Assembly (NCBI GenBank): GCA_030629005.1
Contig: DAOVPV010000001.1
Location: forward strand, 57,427 to 121,426
DNA length: 64,000 bases
Reading direction: 5' to 3'
Source: a bacterium
Lineage (GTDB): Bacteria > Babelota > Babeliae > Babelales > UASB340
Made by a program: the position numbers and the translations under genes. Below the pieces are notes generated by a model. The model did no database searches and was not told where the DNA came from. It saw nothing but the letters and a program-made list of their open reading frames with translations. Shown here in pieces: positions 36,228-45,988 of the stretch (positions within the stretch are counted from its first letter, which is position 1; each line of letters starts with the position of its first letter).

Positions 36228-38017
36228 ATCAACCCCCTAGTTTCAATTCCGCTCTTCAGCCGTGTAAACAGCTCTAACAACTTTTTAACTCTTTCATCAT
36301 TGCCACCATTTTTTGCATCTTGTATTTTGAATTTAACATCTTGTACAATTTGCTTCCAATTCTTTTTAGAAAACAACATTAACAATTCATCAAACGCATC
36401 TTTAGATATATTTGAATCATATTTGAGGCTACATGCTGTAACCCAATCTTTATTTTCCTGCTCTAGAAATTCAACTAAAAGTCGCGTTGATCTTGCTGTA
36501 TTATCATTGTTCTCTCCAACAAAATCATCCACCCTTTTTAACAAAACTTGAATATAATCAGAAAAATACCGTCTCAAGTCTTGAGGAACAAAAAGCTCTT
36601 CTTTTCCAAGATTGTTTATTATAGCAGAAAATATTCGTTCCTCCAAAACAGGAACAACTAAACCATCTTTGGCAACTATATCGCTATCAACAAGCTTATT
36701 ACCTACAATCTTACTATCAACAATCAACCTAGAACGTTCACCAAAAATCATAGAATTTAGAGATGTCGAAGATATACCCATATATTTAGCAGCGCGTTGC
36801 ACTAATATTTCCCGCTTCAATGGATCATTTATTTTAGCAATTAACTGCAAAACCTTACGCCCTGCAACCATTTGCTTAGATAAAACATTTTCTGAAAAAT
36901 TCACCAATGTGATATCTATAAAAAACTCAAACACAGATTTAGTCGAACTTAACAAAGAATCTAAACTACCATTTTTTTCTAGAAAATCAGCCGGATCTAT
37001 CTTTGCAGGCAACGTTACAATTTTCAATTCCAAATCTACATCCCAACATAGCCCAACAAGACGTAACATCGCCTTTTGCCCCGCATCATCACCGTCATAA
37101 ACAACATTAACAGTATATACAAACCTAGATAACATTCTAAGATGAGCTTCTGTACAGGCTGTACCAAGAGTTGCAACAACATTTTTGTACCTATACTTTG
37201 CCATACTAACACAATCAGTATAGCCTTCAACAAGAAATACATCTTTTTTTTCTTGCATATGACTTTTTGCCAAGTCTAAGCCAAATAAAAGCTTACCTTT
37301 TAAAAACCACAATGACTCTTTGCTATTATAATATTTTGCTCGAGTATCCTCTTTTCTAAATACACGCCCTCCAAAACCACAACAACGAGACATAATGTCA
37401 TGTATCGGGAAAATTATTCGCTCTTCAAATGGAGAATACAAGACAGAATGTCCCTGAATAAGTATGCCCGCTTCAACGAAATCTTTAACCAGAAATCCTA
37501 AACTATTCGCCTGCCTTAACATACTTCCAATATTTTTTACTCCACCTGGAAAATATCCAATCTTGAAGTATTCTATATCAACTTTATCTATATTTCGATC
37601 TACCAAATATTGCAAAGCACTTTGGCTTTCCAACAGTTTTCCATTAAGCCAACTAGAAAAAAACTTACAAACCCCAAAATAATTATCTTTAGCAGCAAAC
37701 CTTGAATCAAATTTATTAAAAAACTTATCTTTAATTTCGCTTGGCAAGTCTATACCATACTTTTCAATAAGATACTTCGCCGCTTCAATTTGAGATAAAT
37801 TCTCCTTTTGTGCAATAAAGGAAACAATATCACCTTTAGCATGGCATCCAAAACAATAAAAAATTTGTTTATCGGGACTCACCGTAAAAGAAGCTTCTTT
37901 TTCATAGTGAAAAGGACAAGGCCCCTTCCAATAATTACCAGCAACCTTTAAAGGAACATATTCAGAAATAAGATCTAAAATAGAAATATTATTCTTTAAA
38001 TAATTAAATAAAGGCAT
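36224..38017 (-). CDS. dnaG: DNA primase
   Basis: zinc finger [30 protein letters not shown]; Toprim EGYTDCVS .. [10 protein letters not shown]. Confidence 0.93.
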   Translation of the reverse strand: MPLFNYLKNNISILDLISEYVPLKVAGNYWKGPCPFHYEKEASFTVSPDKQIFYCFGCHAKGDIVSFIAQKENLSQIEAAKYLIEKYGIDLPSEIKDKFFNKFDSRFAAKDNYFGVCKFFSSWLNGKLLESQSALQYLVDRNIDKVDIEYFKIGYFPGGVKNIGSMLRQANSLGFLVKDFVEAGILIQGHSVLYSPFEERIIFPIHDIMSRCCGFGGRVFRKEDTRAKYYNSKESLWFLKGKLLFGLDLAKSHMQEKKDVFLVEGYTDCVSMAKYRYKNVVATLGTACTEAHLRMLSRFVYTVNVVYDGDDAGQKAMLRLVGLCWDVDLELKIVTLPAKIDPADFLEKNGSLDSLLSSTKSVFEFFIDITLVNFSENVLSKQMVAGRKVLQLIAKINDPLKREILVQRAAKYMGISSTSLNSMIFGERSRLIVDSKIVGNKLVDSDIVAKDGLVVPVLEERIFSAIINNLGKEELFVPQDLRRYFSDYIQVLLKRVDDFVGENNDNTARSTRLLVEFLEQENKDWVTACSLKYDSNISKDAFDELLMLFSKKNWKQIVQDVKFKIQDAKNGGNDERVKKLLELFTRLKSGIETRGLI

Positions 38018-38023
38018 ACAAAG

Positions 38024-38797
38024 CTACTTTTTAATTCGAATATAAGCCAAACATAAACTTGAAAAAACAATAATTGCTAATGCTACCAATTGATAATAAG
38101 AAAACAAGGAAAAATTAAAAACAAAATCCCTATCTCCTCTAAAAAAATCTATAACTATTCTAGATACACTTAACAAAATCAAAAATAAAAATAACAACTC
38201 TCCATCTTTGTATCGAAAAAATTTTGCTCTAAAATAAATAATCGCAAAAATAAAAAATGCCGCCAAGCTAGAATATAGTTGCGTAGGATGCAACGAAACT
38301 CCCAATGGAGCTAAACCGTCAGGATTCTTAAAAACCACCGAAAAAAAACAATCCGCGCTAGTCACCTTACCATAACAACACCCTGCAAGAAAGCAACCAA
38401 TACGCCCAAACCCTTCCATGAGAGGGGCATAAATAGCAACAACATCAAGCAAAGACAAAACCTTTATTTTTTTTATCTTCAAATAAATAAAAGTAGAAAT
38501 TAACACGCCGACAACAGAACCTAAAATTCCAAACCCACCAACCCAAGGATAAAAAACTTGTAATACATCATCCTTGAAAGAATCCCACTCATATAAAGCA
38601 AAAATAATTCGACCACCAACAATTCCAGCCAATAACCCAATAAATAATGTATTTAAAAACACCTCATCAGAAATCAATTTAATTCTTTTAGGATTTTTAT
38701 AGAGAAAATATACGAAAAACAAAAAACCCACAGCTATCATAACACCGTAACTGTGGATCCAAATCGGACCAAAAATATGAAGTAACCTTGGACACAT
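38024..38797 (-). CDS. lgt: prolipoprotein diacylglyceryl transferase
   Basis: polytopic 257 aa; GRIGCFLAGCCYGK and HPTQLYS motifs. Confidence 0.9.
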   Translation of the reverse strand: MCPRLLHIFGPIWIHSYGVMIAVGFLFFVYFLYKNPKRIKLISDEVFLNTLFIGLLAGIVGGRIIFALYEWDSFKDDVLQVFYPWVGGFGILGSVVGVLISTFIYLKIKKIKVLSLLDVVAIYAPLMEGFGRIGCFLAGCCYGKVTSADCFFSVVFKNPDGLAPLGVSLHPTQLYSSLAAFFIFAIIYFRAKFFRYKDGELLFLFLILLSVSRIVIDFFRGDRDFVFNFSLFSYYQLVALAIIVFSSLCLAYIRIKK

Positions 38798-38807
38798 AAT
38801 ATTCTTT

Positions 38808-38884
<77 letters not shown>

Positions 38885-38971
38885 ATAAAATTCAAACTAA
38901 TCTTAATCTTGCCCTAATTATAGGACCGTATATCTCTTTGTCAACCATTGTTAGAGTAAAGTAATGATTTT

Positions 38972-40319
38972 CTATTTAACAATCTTACCTTCCTTAACAA
39001 GCCTATGAAACTTATTTCCAACAAAAAAAGCAATAACAACCCAAATGCTAACCAAACCTAAAGAAAGAATTGTACCATAATACAATAAAGCGATAGGAGT
39101 TCTCTTTAGAAATTCATTAAAACCGGAACCCATTGCCTTTGCACCCCTTGCACCAAACATATCAATCCAACCCTTAGCCTTAAACTTTGCATCACGACTA
39201 GTTGGAATATACACAACCTCTTTTGCCGGATTATTTAAAGCATAACTTAAACCTTTAGCGATAACTACAACACCAAAAGTAAGCCAAAGCATATTTTGTC
39301 CTGTTAAAAGATCCAATTTTATAAAACCATATAAAACTGAAATCGAAACACCTATAGCAATAGGAAACACTAATAACGAAACCCTTATTCCAAACTTCTT
39401 TATTAAATAACCGGTTCCGAAAAGAGCAATTACAAGTGCCAAAACATTTGTAGCCATCCCAAACATTCCCATAAAGGAAGTTAAACCCTCTCTTGTTGCA
39501 TACTCTGGCAATGCTTGCGCCTGCATCTTCATTTGATAATCAACAATTGTTGTTACTATTTCATAAAACGCTACAAGTAGAAAAACACCAAATAAATATG
39601 GTCTCGTAGTAACCAACTTCAAACCTCTGAAAAAGCCTGTTTTCCTCTCTGAAGGTAAATCTTGTTTTCCACCAATCAACTCATCTTCCGGCATAACCAT
39701 TCTAAAGTGACGAATAACTAACATAACAGCCACAATACATAGTGTTGCAATGGCAAATAACAATGGTAAACCCAATAAATGCGCATTCCAAGACAAAAAT
39801 GGACCGATAATTGCACCTAATTGAGCTCCAGCAATAATTAAAAAATATCCTCTTTTTGCAGATGCAGCATCAGTCGTACTTGCAACAAAGGACCAAAAAA
39901 GAGCAATCATAATGGAACCATAACTCTCAATTAAAACATAGGAAACCCAACCCAAAATTTTAATAAATGAATAATAAGAAGATTCCGGTTCACCAAAGGG
40001 AAAAGATATAAATATTGTAAACAGCGCAAAAAAAGTCGCATAGAAAGTTCAAATAATATAAAAAAGCTGATGTCTATGAAACATATCAACTAATTTACTA
40101 TAAACTAAAACTAAAATAGAAATAACAACCAAAGAGAGCATTTTAGCATAAGGCTGGTTCTGCCCGCCGACAACGTTAAAAAAAAAATCCGTCTTTCAAT
40201 GTTTTTAAAAGCCAGTATCCACCAACCGTAAAGAAAAAAGCTAATGCAAGAAGGCTAAATTTCGCTACCTCTTTATTACTTAAATCCTTACCAAAAAACC
40301 TAAAAAACCGCGTAAACAT
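38972..40319 (-). pseudogene. tlc: ATP/ADP translocase (NTT/Tlc) paralogue disrupted by a frameshift and a nonsense codon
   Basis: colinear with 40466..41815 from ATG 40319; +1 frameshift in a 10-nt A run (plus strand 40178-40187) and in-frame TGA at 40051..40049; only the 327-aa tail (38972..39955) remains an ORF. Confidence 0.8.
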
Positions 40320-40409
40320 AAATCTTACACTTTCTTTTAAAATGGTTACCTTTTTTTATCAAAAGAAAATATAACATATAAAATAAATTTAAAATTTAAA
40401 ATTTAAAAT

Positions 40410-40437
40410 AATAAAAAAGGCCGACGTTTTGTCGACC
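40410..40437 (-). terminator. rho-independent terminator after tlc
   Basis: minus strand GGTCGAC-AAAAC-GTCGGCC followed by TTTTTTATTATTT. Confidence 0.7.
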
Positions 40438-40465
40438 TTTATATTTTCAATGAATAAAATTGTTA

Positions 40466-41815
40466 TTACTCAACAATTTTACCTTCAGAAGTTAGACGTT
40501 CGAACTTACTACTTACAAAGAATGCAGCGACAATCCAAAAACCAATAAAACCTAAAGATAAAATTGTACCATAAGCTAACAATGCGTGAGGAGAAGCTTT
40601 TAATGAGTCTGTAAACGCAGCACCCAATGCTTTAGAACTTCTGCTGCCAAACATATCTATCCAACCCTTAGACTTAAATTTAACGTCCTTACTTGTTGGA
40701 ATATACATCATTTCTTTTGCAGGATTATTCAAAGCATAACTAAGTCCTTTAGCGATCATCATAACACCAAAGGTTGCCCATAGCATCATCATAGGATTAA
40801 AGTTACCCCATGAGTAAGATGCATACAGTCCGGCTACGGCAGTACCCAAAACTATTGGAAATGTTAATAAACAAAACCTAAGACCAAGTTTTCTCATCAT
40901 GTAACCAGTACCAAGTAAAGCCATAAGGAAAGCTAAAGTGTTTGCAGCCATACCAAATACACCCAAGAAAGCTGTTAAAGATTCTCTAGAAGCATACTGA
41001 GGCAACGCCTGAGCTTGCATTTTCATTTGATAATCAACAATTGTTCCGACTACTTCATAGATTGTAACAACAGCAAAAATTCCTAATAAATATGGCCTTG
41101 TTAATAAAAGCTTTAACCCCTCCATAAAACCAGTTTTCTTAGCAGTAGAAGTTGTTTCTGGTTTGCCTAGTTCTAGTTGTTCTGTAGGTATAACTGCCAT
41201 AAAACGCTTGACAACAAACATCATCATAACAATTCCAAGACTTCCAATAACAAAAAGAGTCCTTAGTCCCAAGACTTCAGCATTTGTTGCCATGAATGGT
41301 CCGAAAATAGCACCAACCTGGGCACCAACAACAACTAAAGAATAACCTTTTTTTGCTGTTTTTGCATCAGAAACACTAGCCGTAAATGACCAAAAAAGAG
41401 CAACAACTATAGAACCAAAACTTTCTATAATAAAGTAAGTTGCCCAACCAAAAAACTTTAAAATTGAGGGATTTAATGCACCAGGTCCAGAAACCGGCAA
41501 ACCTATAACATAGGCAACTATGGCAAATAAAACAGCATATATGGATCCCAAAACATAAAATAGATTGTGCTTTTTAACAATATCTACAAGTTTTGAATAG
41601 ACCATAACCAGCAAACCAACGATAACAACTGATAACATCTTTGCTGTAGGTTGAAACGTTCCGCCAACTGTACTAAAGAAAAAACCATCTTTTAATGGAC
41701 GCAGTAACCAATAAGTCCCGATTATAAAGAAGAAAGTCATAGAAAGTAACCCATACTTCTTTATCTCGTCATTGTTCAAATCTGGCCAAAAAAACTTGAT
41801 TATCCTGGATAACAT
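40466..41815 (-). CDS. tlc: ATP/ADP translocase (nucleotide transporter, NTT/Tlc family)
   Basis: 449 aa, about 12 TM; family-typical segments LRPLKDGFF, IESFGSIVVALFWSF, YALNNPAKEMMYIPTSKDVKFKSKGWIDMFG as I recall them from rickettsial/chlamydial NTTs. Confidence 0.85.
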   Translation of the reverse strand: MLSRIIKFFWPDLNNDEIKKYGLLSMTFFFIIGTYWLLRPLKDGFFFSTVGGTFQPTAKMLSVVIVGLLVMVYSKLVDIVKKHNLFYVLGSIYAVLFAIVAYVIGLPVSGPGALNPSILKFFGWATYFIIESFGSIVVALFWSFTASVSDAKTAKKGYSLVVVGAQVGAIFGPFMATNAEVLGLRTLFVIGSLGIVMMMFVVKRFMAVIPTEQLELGKPETTSTAKKTGFMEGLKLLLTRPYLLGIFAVVTIYEVVGTIVDYQMKMQAQALPQYASRESLTAFLGVFGMAANTLAFLMALLGTGYMMRKLGLRFCLLTFPIVLGTAVAGLYASYSWGNFNPMMMLWATFGVMMIAKGLSYALNNPAKEMMYIPTSKDVKFKSKGWIDMFGSRSSKALGAAFTDSLKASPHALLAYGTILSLGFIGFWIVAAFFVSSKFERLTSEGKIVE

Positions 41816-41857
41816 AAAATCTCCTATAATAAAATAAATTAAATAAACATTTCACTC

Positions 41858-41904
41858 AAAAAAGAAAAACTCCTCGCCCCAAAAACAAAAATGGCGACAA
41901 GGAG
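41858..41904 (-). promoter_or_regulatory. terminator-like hairpin plus T-run inside the tlc 5' leader (possible attenuator)
   Basis: minus strand CTCCT-TGT-CGCC..loop..GGCG-AGGAG followed by TTTTTCTTTTTTGAG, ending about 40 nt upstream of the tlc ATG; no upstream minus-strand gene to terminate. Confidence 0.4.
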
Positions 41905-42033
41905 ATTACAATTATATCAAAAAGAAAATATCAATCAATCTAATTTTTCCATTTTTATTAAAACTTTATCCCAAAATACATGGTTTTAAGGTTGTTTTTA
42001 GATTTTTTAATACTAATAACACAAATATATTTA

Positions 42034-42071
42034 TTTCCTATTAGAAATATTGCTATAATCCTAATAGGAAA
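42034..42071 (+). promoter_or_regulatory. extended -10 promoter bracketed by an 11-bp perfect inverted repeat (operator-like)
   Basis: TTTCCTATTAG (42034-42044) .. TGCTATAAT (42051-42059) .. CTAATAGGAAA (42061-42071); 43 nt upstream of ORF 42114. Confidence 0.5.
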
Positions 42072-42113
42072 CTTTTTGTATTAAAGTTTGAGGATTTTTT
42101 AATTAACATAATA

Positions 42114-43421
42114 ATGCACTTTGGGGGAGCTATGAAAATTAAAATTGGCTATTTTTATCTATTTACGCTTAATTTTATTTTATTCTCAAGTTTATTTTCA
42201 ATCCCCAAAATGACAATCGTTCTTGTTATAGACCAATTTGCCTATAGCTATATAGAAAAATTAAATAAAAATTTTAACTATGCCCTAAAAGATCTATTGG
42301 AAAACGGTGTAAATATAACGAATGCACACCATCCACACGGAACGCCCTCTACAGCAACAGGACACACGGCCCTTAGTACCGGTGTATTTGCTAAAGATCA
42401 TGGTATCATTAATAACAGCTGGTTTACACTTAGTGGTAAAAAAATCAAATGTGATGATGATAATTCAAAAAAAACTCTTGTTTTTGGAAAAGGTAACAAC
42501 CTACAAAGCTATGGTAAAAGTGCAAAAAACGTACTGCGCACAAATATTACAAACAAATTTGTACAAAAATATCCAAATTATAAAACCTATTCTATCTCTT
42601 TAAAATCTCGTGCAGCCATAGGAATGTCTGGAAAAAAGGGAAAACCAATTTGGTTTGATAAAAACACAGGTGAATTTACAAGTTCAAAGGCATTTTTTGA
42701 TCAAAAACCTGATTGGATTGCAAACTTTAACAAAAATTACAATATCAATAACCGTATAAAAAATTATACATGGAGTTTATTTTATCCAGCCGAAAGCAAA
42801 TATTATAATTTTGATTTTATAAACTTTCATAAAGAAACCAATTACAAACACGTCCAAGACAACAAAACTCTTATTAATGATAAAACGTTAAAGAATTATT
42901 ATAAAAGCATCTCAGATGCCCCAAACTACCCAGACTTTATAAAAACACCTTTAGCTAATAAGATGATATTAGATTTTAGTCAAAATTGCATAGACAATAA
43001 TTTTAAAAACAAGCCCATACTTTTGTGGATTTCACTTTCTCCACTAGACCACTTGGGACATATTTATGGACCAGATAGTATAGAAACTACAGATATGATT
43101 TATCATCTTGATAAACAAATACAAGAATTCATGCAATTTCTTAACAAGAAAATAGGAGAAGAAAATATTTTATTTGTTTTAACAGCAGATCATGGTATTA
43201 AACGCAACGTAGAGATAAGCCAAAGAATGGGTTTTGATGCCCATAGAATAGACATTCACAAACTAACAAAAGAAATAAACTCTTTTATCAAAAATAAATA
43301 TAATATAAAAAACATCTTGTATAAAATTAAGACATCTCAATGTTATTTAGATAAAAAAATAAAAAACTTATCAGAAAAAACAAAAATCCAAATAATAAAA
43401 GACATAAAAAAATTATTTTGA
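42114..43421 (+). CDS. alkaline-phosphatase-superfamily nucleotide pyrophosphatase/phosphodiesterase, N-terminal 435-aa part of a split gene
   Basis: signal-like N-terminus; VIDQF.. and HPHGTPSTATGHTALSTGVFAKDHGIINNSWF (metal-ligand/nucleophile Thr region); LTADHG. Confidence 0.75.
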   Translation: MHFGGAMKIKIGYFYLFTLNFILFSSLFSIPKMTIVLVIDQFAYSYIEKLNKNFNYALKDLLENGVNITNAHHPHGTPSTATGHTALSTGVFAKDHGIINNSWFTLSGKKIKCDDDNSKKTLVFGKGNNLQSYGKSAKNVLRTNITNKFVQKYPNYKTYSISLKSRAAIGMSGKKGKPIWFDKNTGEFTSSKAFFDQKPDWIANFNKNYNINNRIKNYTWSLFYPAESKYYNFDFINFHKETNYKHVQDNKTLINDKTLKNYYKSISDAPNYPDFIKTPLANKMILDFSQNCIDNNFKNKPILLWISLSPLDHLGHIYGPDSIETTDMIYHLDKQIQEFMQFLNKKIGEENILFVLTADHGIKRNVEISQRMGFDAHRIDIHKLTKEINSFIKNKYNIKNILYKIKTSQCYLDKKIKNLSEKTKIQIIKDIKKLF

Positions 43422-43774
43422 GTAAACCAGGAATATATAAAGTCTATACATATGACGAGTTAAAAAATACAAATTTTGAATTTGATGCCATAGAAAATTT
43501 TTATAAACAACAACTTTATCCAAAAAGATCTGGCCAAATTTTTATAATTCCAAATAAATATTCAACAGTAACTAATAAAAAAATAGGCACTGCTCACAGA
43601 TCTGGACATAAGTGCAATACACATGTTCCGTTAATAATTTATCAAAAAAACAAATATTCAAATAAAACAATAAACAAAAAAACATGGATACCTCAAGTAC
43701 CTGCAACCCTCGCAAAAATATTAAAAATAGAAAAACCAAAAGATTGTCAATTTGAATTAATTAAACTCGACTAA
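43418..43774 (+). CDS. C-terminal part of the same phosphodiesterase gene (other frame)
   Basis: GTAHRSGHKCNTHVPLIIY matches the C-terminal metal-binding region of the family; the frames abut at A7/T4 runs (43406-43419). Confidence 0.6.
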   Translation: MSKPGIYKVYTYDELKNTNFEFDAIENFYKQQLYPKRSGQIFIIPNKYSTVTNKKIGTAHRSGHKCNTHVPLIIYQKNKYSNKTINKKTWIPQVPATLAKILKIEKPKDCQFELIKLD

Positions 43775-43804
43775 TTTTGAGAAAATTTTAATAAATAAAA
43801 AAAC

Positions 43805-44620
43805 GTGATATGTTTAAAGTTTAATCAGAAAATTTTAATGAACTTGGTAAAAAAATTTATTATAAATAAAATCATACTTAGTCTAATTTTTTTATCAGGT
43901 TGTACTTTTTTTAATAAAACAAACAAAAATAAAGAGGTAATAAAAAATATGTCAGAACATAAAAAAACAATCTTTACTTTTTTGAGTGCACCTGGAGGTG
44001 GCAAGGGAACATTAGCTCAAAAAGCCATTGATAAACTAAATTTTATAGTTCTTTCTACCGGAGATCTATTCAGACAATATATTGCAAACTCAACAAATAT
44101 TGGACTAGAATTAAAAAAATACATGGACAAAGGAGAACTTGTTCCCGATGAGCTTGTAATAAGCATGGTAAAAGAATGGCTATTATCAATTAAAGACTCT
44201 GACAAACCTATAATTCTAGATGGTTTTCCAAGAACATCTGTTCAAGCAAAAAAATTAATCGAACTTCTTCAAAAAAACTTGCCTGAATTTGGATTTAGAG
44301 TAATAAAATTAGAAACACCTCAAGAAGAAATTACCGAACGTTTAATTAACAGACGAGTTTGTCCAAACAAAGAATGTCAGGCTGTTTATAATACTTCTAT
44401 GCCAGAAATAACAGAAGGTAAATGTTTAAAGTGTGACACCCAGCTTATTCAAAGAGCTGATGACAAACCAGAAATTATTAAAGAACGCTTCGACGTTTAT
44501 TATAAAAATGAAAAAGAACTAATTAATGCTTACGAATCTGAAGGTATTGATATAGAAACGATAAATGTTTCTAAAAAAACACCTAATACCATATTACAAA
44601 ACTTCACAGATATTTTGTAA
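43805..44620 (+). CDS. adk: adenylate kinase (zinc-lid type), possibly with N-terminal lipoprotein signal extension; core alternatively starts at 43949
   Basis: P-loop SAPGGGKGT, LSTGDLFR, GFPRT, lid CPNKEC..CLKCD; upstream in-frame MNLVKKFIINKIILSLIFLSGC (lipobox LSGC). Confidence 0.88.
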   Translation: MICLKFNQKILMNLVKKFIINKIILSLIFLSGCTFFNKTNKNKEVIKNMSEHKKTIFTFLSAPGGGKGTLAQKAIDKLNFIVLSTGDLFRQYIANSTNIGLELKKYMDKGELVPDELVISMVKEWLLSIKDSDKPIILDGFPRTSVQAKKLIELLQKNLPEFGFRVIKLETPQEEITERLINRRVCPNKECQAVYNTSMPEITEGKCLKCDTQLIQRADDKPEIIKERFDVYYKNEKELINAYESEGIDIETINVSKKTPNTILQNFTDIL

Positions 44621-44667
44621 TTACAAATATTTACATAATAAAAATTAAGCCAAATGCTAATATTTGA

Positions 44668-45975
44668 TTAACTATTATCCAAAGAATCGTGCGTAAGATC
44701 ATGGATGATCATCTTCTCTGCAACTCTTGAAAATAATGGAGCCGAAATTTGTGATGCCCACCAACCTGCACCCTTTGGTTCTTTTACAAAAATAATAATA
44801 ACACGTCTATAATCATCTTTTTCTATAATACCAGCAAAAGAATAAATGTGATCTTTTTTCGAATATTGCCCATCTTTAAATACCCTTGCTGTACCGGTTT
44901 TACCCATAACCCTAAATCCCTCTAAATTTTTAGAAAATTTAGAGCCAATAGCTTCTAAAATATCCTTCATATCATCTATTGTTTTAGATTTATAAATCTT
45001 TTTTCTAAAACTATTTTTTATCTTTACAGGTTCTTTCACCAAAAAGGGTTCGACTAAATATCCACCATTAGCAATTACAGAAAAGGCCTTGCCCAGTTGC
45101 AATAACGTTGCCATAAGTTCATAACCAAAAGACATCACTATTAGCGATGATTTAGACCAATTTCTTGGTGGATTTAAAAAACCGTCTCTTTCTCCAGGGA
45201 AAGCAATTCCTGTTTTTTGACCAAATCCTAATCGCCATAAATGCGTATAAAACTTAGGACCAAGCCGACTAGCTACTTTCGCTATACCAACATTACTAGA
45301 AAACCTTATAACATCCGAAAATGATAAAATATCAACAGACTTCCAATTTTCAACCCTAAATCTATTTATATAGGCAACTTTCCCTTCACAATCTATTTGT
45401 TCATCAGGAGTTACAACACCTTCTTCTAAGGCAACAAGAGCTGTAAAAGTTTTAATAACAGAACCAAACTCATAACACTCCGTAACAATTCTATTTTTTG
45501 TATTCTCTATATTCTTAATAGAACCAACATTCGGGTCAAAGCCTGGATAGTTTGCCATTACAAGAATTTCCCCGGTATCAGGATTCATAATTAAAACAGA
45601 ACCATCTTTTGCATCAAACTGTTTTACAGTTTTTTCAAGCTCTTGCTCTGCTAAAAATTGCAATTTTGAGTCTAAAGTTAAAATAACAGGATCACCCTTA
45701 CAACCAGTTTCAACTATTTTCTTATCAAAATAAAAAGAGCCAGCCCGAGCATCCTTTTTTATTTCAACAACAGAAGGCTGACCTTTTAAACGGCTATTAA
45801 AATAAAGCTCCGTACCAGCTAAGCCAACATTGTCTACATCAGTAAATCCAACAATCGGACTTGCACAGGCGTGAGGATAAAATCGAGACGGCTCTGTCAT
45901 AAAATGAATATCTTTTAATTCTTGTTTTTTTAACCAATTAAAACGCTCTTCTTGCAAATGGCGCTCCATCCACAA
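44668..45975 (-). CDS. ftsI: penicillin-binding protein transpeptidase (FtsI/PBP3-like), C-terminal 435-aa part of a frameshift-split gene
   Basis: SxxK (GSVIKTF), SxN (SSNVG), KTGT (GKTGTA) all intact. Confidence 0.85.
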   Translation of the reverse strand: MWMERHLQEERFNWLKKQELKDIHFMTEPSRFYPHACASPIVGFTDVDNVGLAGTELYFNSRLKGQPSVVEIKKDARAGSFYFDKKIVETGCKGDPVILTLDSKLQFLAEQELEKTVKQFDAKDGSVLIMNPDTGEILVMANYPGFDPNVGSIKNIENTKNRIVTECYEFGSVIKTFTALVALEEGVVTPDEQIDCEGKVAYINRFRVENWKSVDILSFSDVIRFSSNVGIAKVASRLGPKFYTHLWRLGFGQKTGIAFPGERDGFLNPPRNWSKSSLIVMSFGYELMATLLQLGKAFSVIANGGYLVEPFLVKEPVKIKNSFRKKIYKSKTIDDMKDILEAIGSKFSKNLEGFRVMGKTGTARVFKDGQYSKKDHIYSFAGIIEKDDYRRVIIIFVKEPKGAGWWASQISAPLFSRVAEKMIIHDLTHDSLDNS

Positions 45976-45988
45976 AAATTTTGTATGC

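Noticed and set aside
35509-37682. Plus-strand ORFs antisense to rpoD and dnaG (35509..36240, 36300..36551, 36612..37100, 37464..37682)
   Set aside because: They overlap strongly supported minus-strand genes. The 243-aa ORF is simply the complement of the Lys-rich (AAR) tract, read as Phe/Leu-rich.
40049-40051. In-frame TGA in the tlc paralogue as evidence for UGA recoding (code 4 Trp or code 25 Gly)
   Set aside because: TGA clearly functions as a stop elsewhere in the window (ends of 24755..25375, 42114..43421 and smpB at 63876). All large housekeeping ORFs are intact under the standard code. The same gene also carries a frameshift, so a nonsense mutation in a decaying paralogue is the simpler reading.
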